Shown: piece after piece, positions 51,721 through 64,000 of the stretch
How the letters are laid out: each line of letters begins with the position of its first letter
Position numbering within the stretch: the stretch's first letter is position 1
Origin: the human T2T-CHM13v2.0 reference genome, Homo sapiens
DNA length: 64,000 nucleotides
Assembly: GCF_009914755.1 (NCBI RefSeq)
Contig: NC_060936.1
Strand: one strand, 5' to 3'
Position numbers and translations under genes: made by a program
Notes under the pieces: model-generated
The model's input: only the letters and a program-made list of their open reading frames with translations
Told to the model about the DNA's origin: nothing
The model's database searches: none

Positions 51721-54224
51721 ATATGGCCCATCTCATACTATTACTATTACTAGTGCTACTACTATTACTGGCTAACGAGGCACTTTGCTAAAAGCTGTAC
51801 AAGCATTTTTCCACTTAATCCTAGAAATAACCTTATGAAGTAAGTACCGCAATTTAGGAATCTGAAGCTGAGCAAGGCTGCATAAATTGTTCAAAATAAA
51901 ATAGCTTGGAGTGGTCTAGCCTGGAACAGAACACAGTTACATTGGACTCCAGAGTCCACAAGCCTCAGCATTACTCTGTGTGCGTCTCAAATGTCTTAAG
52001 TAATTGATGCGGCCAAGATAGCTTCCCTCTGTGAGTGCCATGTGGCAGGAATTGTGTTTATTCTCTTCACCACTGTGGTCCCAATGCCGAGTACGGTGCT
52101 TTGTTCCCAATAGGTATTAGATATTTATTTGTGGAATAAAAACAGGGATGTGTGTGTAGCAGAAAACCATCAGTTTATACTGAGCTTCTTTCCTGAAGAC
52201 AGTTATGAATCATATTCCCATACCAGGTCAAGGGATGGAAAACGTGATCATCAGGCTGTTTGTGCTTTTAACATTTCAGATTCAAAACAAGCATTGTTTT
52301 ATGATGAAAATGAATTATCCTGACATTCTATCACATCTTATCAGACTCTTTTTTATTCAAAATGCTGTTGGTACTCTTACTTAATAAACTGGAGCAAGCA
52401 ATAAATTCCACTGGTCTACAGAGACTGTGGTTGGGTTCCCAGTACCAAAATGATTTTGATTATTGAGTTGGCATATACCTCTAAACATTCCTAAATCAGT
52501 GGTTGGCAGCAGCAATATTCTGAAAGAAAGAGAAAAAGAAAAAACAGCGCGTGCGCATGCATACACATACACACACGCGCACACACACACGTGATAGCTT
52601 CAAAGCCTCTTACACATTAATGGATTCCTTATGGATTACATGGCTGTAATTGTGAAAGAGCACAAAGAACTAAAGGGAACCTTATTTCTTTAAACAAAAA
52701 CATTTTTTAAAAGATGTTCCTTTTGAAAAGTCATTTGTTTTTTCTGAAGAGAGTAGGAAAAAAAAAGCTCCAACATAATGGAACTCTTAAAAATGTGTCA
52801 GGAACACAATAGAAAACCAGAATAAATGTAGGCAAGGCAACCACAGGAAGCCAGTCGCAGACTGAGTTCATTTGTACTCTAACAGCAGACATGGATGAAG
52901 AAAACAACCAGCAGTAGAGAGAGTAGTGAGAAGTGCCAGCTCATAGTAAGGGGGCCAGTAGGAAGGGAGACGGTGTGTGGTAGGGGGAGGGACATTCTAG
53001 AATTCAAAACAACAGACTATTCATATCATATTCTTAAAATCGGTGTAATGAAACCTGTTTATATTATCTTCAAATTAATTGTTCAATGTTCGAATGTCAG
53101 TGTCCCAGCCAATGACCCACCAACAATTTCCTTGGTCATTGCATTTTCTTTCCTTGGTCTTTCGAAAAAATAACGAATGAGTTTCTCTATTTATAAAGTT
53201 TCTCTGAAATGTCTTCTTATGTCATGGAGGCTGGGAGTTCATCTTGGGACACTGGATGTGATGGGGGGCCCTTGGCTGGGATCAGGAGGTTTTTGTGATT
53301 GTGAGGCAACTTCTGATCCCATTAGCTGACGGTTGACTGACATTTTGGAACAAGATTTTGCAAGATACGGGAAAGGAAAAAAAGGAGCATGGGAAGGAGG
53401 CACTTAAAAGATTGAGAAGGCAGGAATAAGCTGAGTGCTCCCAGATTTGAGGAGGATTTTATTGTTGGACACAGATCTCTGGTGAGCTTGCAGCCAGGAT
53501 GTCGGAGGCCTGGTATGGGGGACCTAGTTTGGGTTTTCTTGACAGCTTTGTACTGACCTTACCAAGCAAACTGGCTCTATGAGAAATGGGAGCCAGTTAA
53601 TTTACCTTCCCATTTATAAGTTAGGTAGCAATGTATACACACATGAGGGGGCAGCCTTTCCTGGAGGGTTTAAGGTAATATTTGAGAGAAAATAAAAGGA
53701 AATACCACTTTAGATGCCTGGAAATTGCTTCCCAGAGAAGTGGCATAGGCTGAAAGTAACCATGAAAAGTTCCATGAAAGATTTATCTAGATTCTTTGTT
53801 ACTAGATTTGCAAATACTTTTCTTAGTGGGAGTGAAATGCTTTAGGGAATGTTTTTAAGTTTTCCTTAATATTCATGTCAGAAGCAGAATATTGGTTGGG
53901 TTGCATAGGATCTGACTGATTATGTAATTTCTCACTGAAAATATTTATTACACTCTGGAAGATTTCAGGAAGGCCCTCTATCCAAAGTGTGTGGAAAGGT
54001 AGAAAAAAGGAATGGGCTTTGCAGTCAGACAGCCAGGGGTTTGAAGTCTACTTGCACTACCTGCTAGCTGTAAGATCTTGGGGAAACCACTTCACCTCTT
54101 TGAATCTCAGCTCAATGCTAAGGACAAAAATATATGCCTAACAAGGTTTTCGTGAAGAGCAAGAGAGATCATGTGTGTGAAAATGTAGCATAGGACCTGG
54201 CACATAGTAGTAGTACTAGTAGTA

Positions 54225-54625
54225 TTAGGTTGGTGCAAAGGTAACTGTGGTTTTTGCCATTTGAAAGTAATGATAGGTCAGGCCTGGTGGCTCATGCCTG
54301 TAATCCCAGCACTTTGGGAGGCCGAGGCAGGTGGATCACATAAGGTCAGGAGTTCAAGACCAGCCTGGCCAACATGGTGAAACCCTGTCTTTACTAAAAA
54401 TACAAAAATTTGCTGGGCTCAGTGGCAGGTGCTTGTAATCTCTGCTACTCGGGAGCCAGAGGCAGGAGAATCACTTGAACCCAGGAGGTCGAGGTTGCGG
54501 TGAGCCAAGATTGTACCACTGCACTCTAGCTTGGGCGACAGAGTGAGACTCTGTCTCAAAAAAAAAAAAAAAAGATTAAAAAAAAAAGTAACGGCAAAAA
54601 CTACAATTACTTTTGCACCAACCTA
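54225..54625. mobile_element. MADE1 (Hsmar1 mariner MITE) split by an Alu (54276-54587)
   Basis: ttaggttggtgcaaag...tttttgccatt and ggcaaaaactacaattacttttgcaccaaccta inverted ends; Alu TSD aaagtaaYg. Confidence 0.88.
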
Positions 54626-54804
54626 CTTGCTGTCCAATAAATGTTAGCTCCACTCATTTTCTCCCTTATATAAATAAGTAACATACTAGCCCTAAGCACT
54701 TACCATACATATAACTTCATTTATCCTCAAAACAATTCTATGAGAGAGGTACCATTATTGACCCAATTTTACAAATCTTAGTGAGTTTAAATACTGTTTA
54801 AGAT

Positions 54805-55333
54805 GGAAATTATCTATTCTGCATAACAACCCCCAGAACATAGTGGCTTGAAACAACCACCATTTTAATGTATCTCATGATTCTGTGAGTTGACTGGGCT
54901 CGGCTGGGTGGTTCTTCTGCCCCACATGCTGTTGTCTGGGGCTGCATTTATCTGAAGGCTCAACTGGGCTGGAACATGCAAGATGGCTCCCTTGTATGGC
55001 TGGCAGTTGATGCTGGTTTTCAGCTGGGAGCACAGCTGTGACCGTCCATAAGGGCACAAACCCATGCTTCTCCATGTACCTCTCATAGGATGGCAGCTGT
55101 GTTCCAAAAGGGGGCATTCCAAGAGAGAAGACATGTAAGCTTCTAGTTCTCTTAACGCTTGGGCTCAGAAATCTCAGAATGTCACTTCTGCCACTATCTA
55201 GTGATCAAAGCAGTCACAGGCCCACCAAGATTTAAGAGAAGGGGATAGAAATTTTACCTTTCAGTGGAGAAGTGGTGTGAATATATAGGAGGGAAGGAGT
55301 TGATGACAGCCATGATTGGAGACTATCTACCAC
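54805..55333. mobile_element. MLT1-type MaLR LTR
   Basis: gcataacaacccccagaacatagtggcttgaaacaacc...gactatctaccaca. Confidence 0.75.
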
Positions 55334-57049
55334 AAATGCTTTGCCAAAATCACAGAACAAGTCAGGTGTCAGAGTTAAGATTCAAACCACACAAATCAAA
55401 CTTCAGAATACATATTCTCAGCCACTAGGCCATACACATACACAAGACAATATACAATTACATGCCCATATGTATGGAAAACACAACAAGTAAAATATAA
55501 TTTCAGAGAAAAGATCAGAACAAAATTAAGAGCTCTAAAAGCCAGAAACTAAAAAACATACACTTTTTGTGTGCTTTCTCCCCATATAATGCAGAATAAA
55601 TGTTACTTCTTGAACACATACTTATTCACCCTATTGAGTAACCCATGCTTGTATGGAAGATGTCAGAGAGACCTATAATTGTTAAAGAAAGCTTCCAGGG
55701 AGAAGCAGAATTTAGCCTGACTCTGAAGTCTGATTAGGATTTGAATAAGACAGAGAGACAAAGAAAGGGGAGGAAGATAAAATATGAACAAGAATGAGCA
55801 GGAAGTAGTAGCTAGGGGATGGAAGAAGGACAAGGCTGAAGTGATTTGGAAACAGTAGGACTGATTAATAACTCAATTGGTTTCCCATCTTTTTTTTTTT
55901 TTTTTTTTTTTGAGACGGCGTCTCACTCTGTCACTCAGGCTGGAGTATAGTGACTCGATCTCGGCTCACTGCAACCTCTGCCTCCTTGGCTCAAGCAATT
56001 CTCTTATCTCCTACTTCTGCCTCCCGAGTAGCTGGGACCACAGATGCATGCCACTGCACCCAGCTGTTTTTTGTATTTTTTGTAGAGACGGTGTTTCACC
56101 ATGTTTCCCAGATTGGTCTCAAACTCCTGAGCTCAAGTGATCCACCCACCTGGGCCTCCCAAAGTTTTGGGATTACAAGTGTGAGCCATGGCACCCCGCT
56201 GGTTCCCCATCTTTATAAATATCCCATTGTAGCACTGGGAACCTGATTACAAAGAATGAAGATCCTCATGACACCAGCCCATCTATGCAAACTCTGTTTC
56301 AAGACTTGGCCTTGCTGAAGGTGGATGTTGGAGAGCCTTTTCAGGGGCTGGGTGGGGAGGATGCTGCTTGAAGTTCACCCTGATGGCAGGTCTAGGAAGG
56401 GCCAGGTTCACACCACTGTCTTTCTAGTTTAATTTGGAAATGGATTGCTAAGCATATGACAAACCCAGTCATTATAACTCTTATTGTAGAATGCTCTAGA
56501 GAGTTCATTAACCTAAATCTCTCTTATATTACCACTCTACCAGTACTGCCTGATGAAGGCAAGGACTTGAGCCATTCTGAGCAAACACCATCTTCAGAAT
56601 ATTTTCCCATGAAGGTGGCTTCTATCATTCTCATTTGAAAAATCTTTGCTCTTTCTTCACATTTGAAAGAAACCCAGTATGACTGTTGTAATTTTTTTCA
56701 CGTAAATTACAAATATTTAGAATCCTTGTCAAAGCAGTGAAAAAAAAGCAGATGTTTTCCTTTATGTTGGCCCCAAGTAATACCACATTAGAAAATAGAG
56801 AGTATTTTCAAGAGTTGTTAAAAGATATTTCAAGAAAATAAACATTTGTTGAATGCAAACAAGAACAGAGTATGGCATTTAAAAATACTAATTTAGAGCT
56901 AAGGAGTCTGAGGCTCAGAGATGATGAGTGATGTGTATAAGGTCACAGAGTGAGTTTTTGCAGCCATGTCAGAATCTGACCTCAGTTCTCTCAAGTCCCA
57001 GTCTGGTGTACTTTTTGTACTCCAGAATGCACTACTCCAGATAAATGCA

Positions 57050-58190
57050 AAGATGGCCATCCCCATATCCTTTGGGCCTCCCCATATCCACGTCCTTTGC
57101 AATATGACTTTGCAATTCCTTTCATCTCAAGGTAGACTATTTCCCCACTTCTTGAATCTGGGATGGCCTTGTGATTTGCTTTGGCCAGTGAAATGTGGTA
57201 GAAATGATGGTACACTTCTGAGCACAGGCACCAAGAGACCTGTGAGCTTCTGCTTGCAGTAAACTTACTACCACTGTATGGTCAAGTCTAGGTGTCTTAG
57301 TCTGTTCCTCCTGCTATGGAAAATGGCTGACACTGGATAAGTTATAAATAATAGAAACTTATTTCTCACAGTTCTGGGGGTTGGGAAGTCTAAGACCAAG
57401 GTGCCAGCTGGTTTGGTGCCTGGTGATGGCCCAGTCTCTGCTTCCAGGATGGTGCCTTGAACACTGCTTCCTCCAAATGGGATGAATGCTGTGTCCCTAC
57501 ATGGTGAAATAGAGACACAGAGGGGAAAAGGGACAAACAGCTCCCTTGCACTTCTTTTATAAGGTAATTAATCCCATTCATGAGGGCTCTGCCTTTATGA
57601 CTTAATCACCTCCTAAAGGCTCCACCTCTTAATATTATCACAGTGGTGATTAAGTTTCAACATATGGGTTGTTGGAGGACACATTCAGGACATAGCACTA
57701 GGCTATACTTAGAAGATAAAAAGTCATGGAGAAGATCCCAGTGATTCCAGTCAAAGCCATACTAAGCTATCCAACAACCAGTCAACCACCACAGATGAGA
57801 GAGCTTACCCCACATTGCCAGAGCTTACAGCTGATCATGAGTGAGGCTTGAGTGAGCACAGCTGAGACCAGAAAAACTGCCCAGCTGACTCATGAGCAGT
57901 CACAAATACTCATTGTTTTAAGCAGAATTCAGCAAACCTTTACTTTTAAAGGACCCTATAGTACATAATATAGGTTCGTGCAGCATACCCTGTGTTGTAA
58001 CTCTCCTCTGCTACTGTAGTGCAAAAAAATAGCCATAGATCATGTGTAAATGAACAGACATGGTGGTGTCTAAATAAACTGTGTTCACAAAAACTGGCAT
58101 CTGGACCACAGGCTATGGTTTTCTGACCCCTGATTTTAAGGCGTTGAGTTTTGGGTGATTTGTTATACAACAAGAACTAACTGATACACT
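57050..58190. mobile_element. Nested cluster: MLT1-type LTR interrupted by an MST LTR (57293-57697) and a MER58-like element (~57925-58133)
   Basis: MST termini tgtcttag...catagca with 5-bp TSD ctagg; MER58 ends cagcaaac...ctgacccctg; MLT1 end ttgttataca..aactaactgataca. Confidence 0.75.
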
Positions 58191-58869
58191 ACATGATTCT
58201 GAATTGATATCCCAAATAAAGAAAAACATCAAAGTTAATACCAAGCAATGTATTTGCAAAGATAAAAGGAAGTAGCAAGAGGAAAATATCTCCATTTGCT
58301 TGAAGTTTACACCTTAGCTGCCTTTAAAGTTTACACCTTAGCTGCCTTTACAACACTTTGTTTGCAGACTGGGTATATTGTCATAGAACTGCTATTTCAG
58401 TCTTTACAAATAAGATTTTAATGAGGCTAGCCACACTTCTAGTGGAAAAAAACTTATTTTGGTTGCAAATTCAGTTTGCAAGCTTCTGAATTCAGATTTC
58501 AACCCCATTGAAACAGATTTCAAAGATTTCTGGAGAGCTTTTAAAGCCAAATTCATCAGCCTTTGCTTAGTTCTCCTCATCCTCACTGTCTCCATCATAG
58601 TTAGTGCTTCTGACCTCAGCCTCCTTGAAATTCTCTTCTCCTTTGGCTTGCATACTGCTTCTAGTTCATTTCTTTCCTCTCTGGTCTACAGTAGGAGCTC
58701 CATATTCAAAGCTGCTCCCCTCCTTACACATGTCAGTCCTGAGCCACTTTTTCTAGTGGGTCTTGGTCAGGCATATGTGTCAGAAGCCTCTATGTAATTT
58801 ATTTAAAACTTGGAAGCATAATTGCTATAATTTGCAAAAGCTCCTCAGGTGACTTTGGTGAACACTTCT

Positions 58870-60010
<1,141 letters not shown>

Positions 60011-60203
60011 AACCCTCTTTACCTATACACACATACCATCCTGTTAAGAATCACTGATGAAGCTGGCCAGGTGCAGTGGCTCAGGCCTATAATCCCAGCA
60101 CTTTGGGAGGCTGAGGAGGGCAGATCACCTGAGGTCAGGAGTTCGAGACCACCCTGGTCAACATGGTGAAACCCCATCTCTACTAAAAATACAAATTTAG
60201 CTA

Positions 60204-60524
<321 letters not shown>

Positions 60525-61974
60525 TTATGTAGACGTCCTGCTGGTACCTCAAATGCAATACATTTGTTGCTAAACTGAACGCATCAGCTCCCTTTTTAAA
60601 AGTCCTGTGCCCTTTTGCAATTAATTGTACCATTGTTTACCAAGTCACCCGTGGAATAATTTTTTATTCCTCTCTTTCACCTGGAGCAGCCATTAAGTCA
60701 CAACATTCTTTTTGTCTTCTTCTTTCTATCCTTTTTGTCATTAACCTAATAATAACTTTATCATCTCTCAGCTGCATTACCGCAATGGTCTCTCTGCCTT
60801 TTATTCTTTAGTCCATCTTCCACAAAATGGCCAGAGTGAGCTTTCTAAAACATGAGTAGGTTCACATTATTTCTCTCCTTCAAAAGCAGCAATAGTTCCT
60901 GAATGCTCACCAGGAAAATCTCACTCTTAGTATAGCAGGCAATGTCCGCCACTATTGAGTGGCAAAGTAACTTCTCTACCTGTCATCCATTACCTCCTTA
61001 TCACAACATAACTCTCAGCTACCTGGTCTACTAGCTGCCTTTCCCTGACTCTGAGCTTCTGTACAGACTTTTTCCTCAGTATGGAATGACTCTGCACTCT
61101 TTCTCCACATGTAGAATTTTTTTGAGTATCTCAAAGCCCAGTTCAATTTTCATGTTTTCCTGGATGTGTTTTCTGATTGCTCTTTTCCCTAGGGCTGCCA
61201 CATATACCTGTGCAGTGTGTACCACACAACTCTAAGGAGAGCCATTCATAATTACAATGTAAGTTGCACTTCCTAGAGTTGTACAATGTACAACTTATAA
61301 CAAGCTCCAGTCATAAGTAATTATTTTGTTCTCTGTACTCCTTCAATACAGTTCTTTATTTTGTTCCCTAAGCATACGTTTATAACACTGACTATATGCC
61401 AGGCACTGATAAAAGATCACAGACACAAATATGAATATTATTAGGTCTTGGCCTCAAGAAGGTTAAAGTTAGAGCAGATAGACATATAATCTGTATGTTA
61501 CATATATACATACACATGTATGTTACATATATACACACATATAATGTATATTACAAAAATCTTTCACCTTTATTTTGTCCTTACTTTCATCTTCTCTATA
61601 TCAGTATTGGTTGAGAGCTCTATTTTAGTGCAAAATTCTTAAAGGCAGAAGTAATGTTTTATTTATCATAGCCCACAACTAACACTAGAATGTGCACCAT
61701 ACAGGGCTGAGATAATGGTTATTGGATTTAGTCAGATGTACAAATAGTAACAAGAGTAATCATTTGTTGACTTTTTACATAGAACATTGTGAACTCTGAC
61801 ATGCTGGGTGAGAAGTACACATTTAGAGCTGTGGCAGAGGCTGCTGTATGTTCACCTAACCCCATTCGATTTTCTTACTGGCCATTCAGCTAGACTATAT
61901 TTCCCAGCCTTCCTTGCTGTTAGGTGTGATCATGTAACTAAGTTCTGGCCAATGGAATGTGGACAGGAAGTGAT

Positions 61975-62042
61975 TATATATATAAATATATAATATATAA
62001 TATATATAATGTAATACATATTATATATTATGACATATATTA

Positions 62043-62088
<46 letters not shown>
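61975..62088. repeat. (TA)n microsatellite with AT-rich flank
   Basis: About 20 perfect TA units preceded by degenerate TA repeats. Confidence 0.95.
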
Positions 62089-62090
<2 letters not shown>

Positions 62091-64000
62091 GGCCTATAAA
62101 AACCTTCTGCTTAATCTATATTTTTTTCTACATCCGATAGCTTAATGGAGAGGACCCTGAAGATCTATAAGAGGTAGAATTACAAGACAGAAGGAGCCTA
62201 GGCCCCTGAGTTGCTATTAGGGGGATTAATAGCTGACTGAGAACACCTGCATGATACTAATGCATGAGTTAGAAATAAACTTTTATTGTGTACAGTCTCT
62301 GAATTTGGGACTGCTTGTTACAAATGTTAGCTTATCTTGACTAATCTAAGTACTAAGTTTAATATAACCTTCCTAGATTGATCATAATTACCTACTTTTC
62401 AAAAAAGTACCCCATAAAAAAGATTCCAAAACTGTATTTATTAATCCATTTAAGTATAAACTCTCTCATTTCTGTGATTAGAAATAATAGCTTTGTTCAA
62501 TCGCTTACATTTATAGTCTTCAAAATATGTGAGTGGTAATAATACCCCAAAAATATCAATTTCTCTTAAGAGATACTTTAATGAACCTAGAGAAAACTAT
62601 TAGGCATAGGGTATGAAAAGATCTCAGGGATCCCCGTCACTGGTAAGGACAGTGCTCGAGCCTTCCACAGCAGGCTGCTGTTTACAGAGGCTGTCATAAG
62701 ATGGGGATACTGAGGTTCAGGCCTGCTGAATGTTGCAAAAGAGGGACCAAGCTTTGAGTTCCTTGATGCCTTAGAAGCAGTATGGCACTTGTCACTACTC
62801 TGTGATTTGTATTTATGTCACAACCTTACCACTTCCTGTTTTCATCCCCAAAAAGAGCTTTTGGGAGAAAAACAAGACCACAAAGTGTAGAAGGCCGACT
62901 GTGCCCCTTTCTTCTTGTACTTTCTCAACGTACATTCACTAGGCACCCACTACGTATACTTCTCTGTGTGTGCATGGTGTGTGTGGTGGAATAGTTCAAA
63001 TAAACATGATAAGCAGAGCTGCTTCCAGGGAAGTTTTTAGGCTGTTGAGATTTGACAATGCAAACAGCTGTTTAAAACACAGTACGGTGTAGAAAGGACA
63101 TTGACTTTCGTGAGACAGACCTGGGTTCAAATTCTGGCTCCATTAATGACTATGGTTTAAACATGGGCACCTACTTAAGCACTTAAATTCAGTTTTCCTA
63201 ACTGCAATTTTTCAGGATGGTTATAAGAATTAGAAAATTTTCCAGCATGGTGCCTGGAAAATAGTGGCTGCTTAATTAGTGATAGCTATTCTTATATAGG
63301 GAGACAGCACACACATATGCACACATGCATGCACACACACACGATCAGTTAAATATATGAGAAATGGCAATAGACAAGTCTGGAGGAGGGGAATAACATT
63401 GGGCTGATATAGATGAAAAAAGAACAAGGCTTCCTTTTAGAACATTTATCATTTCTAATATAATAAGGAAGCCAGATCTAAATGGGCGACTCTCCTGCAG
63501 GTATCACCAACAAAGAATAAAAGGAGAAAGGAATTCACTGTTTCAGAAGAAACATTTTTATATCATATGAAAAAATTTTGAGCAGGCACTGTTGACTCAT
63601 ACAGACACATTTGTGTGTGTGTATGCATGTGTGTGTGTGTATGAAGGATAGATCATAAAAATTGTTCATATGTTCGGGAACAAAATTAGGACATATTTTC
63701 TAAAATTGTAGAGATCCAGAGTTAGAAGAGGATCTTTCAACCCAAATAAATCATTTCACAATCAAAGTGACAGACTCAAAGAGGTGAAATGACTTGTCTA
63801 AGGCAAACAACTAGGAAATAGTTGAGCCAGGACTTGAATCTTGATCTGGATTTCCAGTCCAATGCTTTCTAGTCAAGAAAGGAGTTATTCCATGATGCCA
63901 CTGAATAGACCTTTTTGGAGGGTCTTAGTTCCATTTTATAGGTGATAAAAATGAGGCCAACAGAATGATAATGATGGTTACCATCTATCAACCACCTACC

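Overview
Human (primate) genomic DNA, very Alu-rich (about 40 Alu copies, densest in the first 30 kb). The first ~18.7 kb of the + strand holds the 3' half of DRAM1 (DNA-damage regulated autophagy modulator 1, chr12q23): the last four coding exons (3410-3587, 9396-9454, 15332-15424, 16337-16381), which splice in frame to the DRAM1 C-terminus, and a ~2.4 kb 3' UTR ending after AATAAA at 18715. The intron 3588-9395 is a minor-spliceosome (U12-type GT-AG) intron. The remaining ~45 kb is intergenic: LTR/LINE/SINE/DNA-transposon relics, a Y3 RNA retro-pseudogene split by an Alu, and a processed neudesin (NENF) pseudogene. I found no wholly new gene system. The most interesting signals concern DRAM1 RNA processing: (i) the two exons flanking the U12 intron form an in-frame 237-nt block bracketed by inverted Alus; (ii) an LTR-derived stop/AATAAA lies 33 nt behind the U12 donor; (iii) there is a candidate 44-nt poison exon; (iv) a 100-bp G-quadruplex-containing segment is present both in intron 5 and in the 3' UTR. 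A 172-bp local inverted duplication lies further downstream. Exon numbers (4-7), gene identities and repeat subfamily names come from recall, not from searches; repeat boundaries are approximate.
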